Position numbers and translations under genes: made by a program. Below the pieces are notes generated by a model. It was not told the origin of the DNA and did not search any database. It saw nothing but the letters and a program-made list of their open reading frames with translations. A stretch of 64,000 bases of DNA from NCBI RefSeq assembly GCF_009914755.1, contig NC_060934.1; one strand, given 5' to 3'. Within the stretch, counting starts at the first letter, position 1; each line of letters opens with the position of its first letter. Source of the stretch: the human T2T-CHM13v2.0 reference genome, Homo sapiens. Below are positions 63,383 through 64,000 of the stretch, one piece after another.

Positions 63383-64000
63383 CTATATAGAAACCAGTTT
63401 GAAAGAGCTATTAAAAAGCAAAATATCCCTTTTGTATAGTTCTTTTAAAGAAATACATATACACTTATCAAAAATTTTCAATCAATGAAAATTTATAATA
63501 ATATCAAACTGTACATTTCTAAGTTGCCTAGGACTGAAAAAGAGTTGAGTATGGATCCAGATTCGAGTATAATTACATTTATTTCATCTTTAAGTGACAC
63601 ATTATCTTATCCCACATATGCCAAATATATTAGAAATGTGTAAGCCTCCTATTTAAAAATCCCTTTGAGAGCCAGTCAGGCAAGGAGCCTCAAAGCTCCT
63701 TTCTGTTAGTGAGTTGGCCAGTGAAAAGTCATCACGCTTAAGAACAGTGCAATATTCTCACGAAAGCTTTAAGTTTTCTGATGTCAGAAGACTTGTAGCA
63801 TTCTGTGACAAGGGTTTTTTTCCTTGTGCCTAGACTTAATGTAGCAAGGACAAGCAGGCTTTTGAATGAGTGCTCCACTTTAAGCATTTGCCTGCTTGTG
63901 AGATTTATACTCGACTACAGTTTGGCTCCCTTCTAATGTGATTCCTGGGCTATATGCTTCTGCAAACTGACAGAAATCACAGGAGATGTGAAAAATGCAA

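Overview
Human (primate) genomic DNA, AT-rich and repeat-dense. The whole window lies inside the MAGUK p55-family gene MPP7, transcribed on the minus strand. Five canonical coding exons can be placed to the base with GT-AG boundaries and matching phases: 34835-35005, 14937-15017, 4813-4906, 3658-3766 and 1643-1786. They encode the HOOK/basic segment and most of the guanylate-kinase-like domain. The upstream SH3 exons and the last exon fall outside the window. The rest is intron filled with about 30 Alus, L1/L2/MIR fragments, MaLR/ERVL solo LTRs, DNA-transposon relics and simple repeats; almost all ORFs in the supplied track are repeat artefacts. The most interesting signal is a candidate alternative-splicing module in the large intron (35006-64000). 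It includes a 42-nt phase-1/1 cassette exon at 54888-54929 encoding EDADYAGNNSGTYI, which aligns with the MPP3 HOOK segment as I recall it, and a NAGNAG acceptor that decides stop versus read-through. A phase-compatible 12-nt microexon candidate at 63371-63382 carries an in-frame TAG. Inverted Alus bracket the 42-nt exon, and RBFOX-type motifs lie downstream, including an L2-derived minisatellite with five UGCAUG copies. Repeat subfamily names and comparisons with known proteins are from memory, not from a search.
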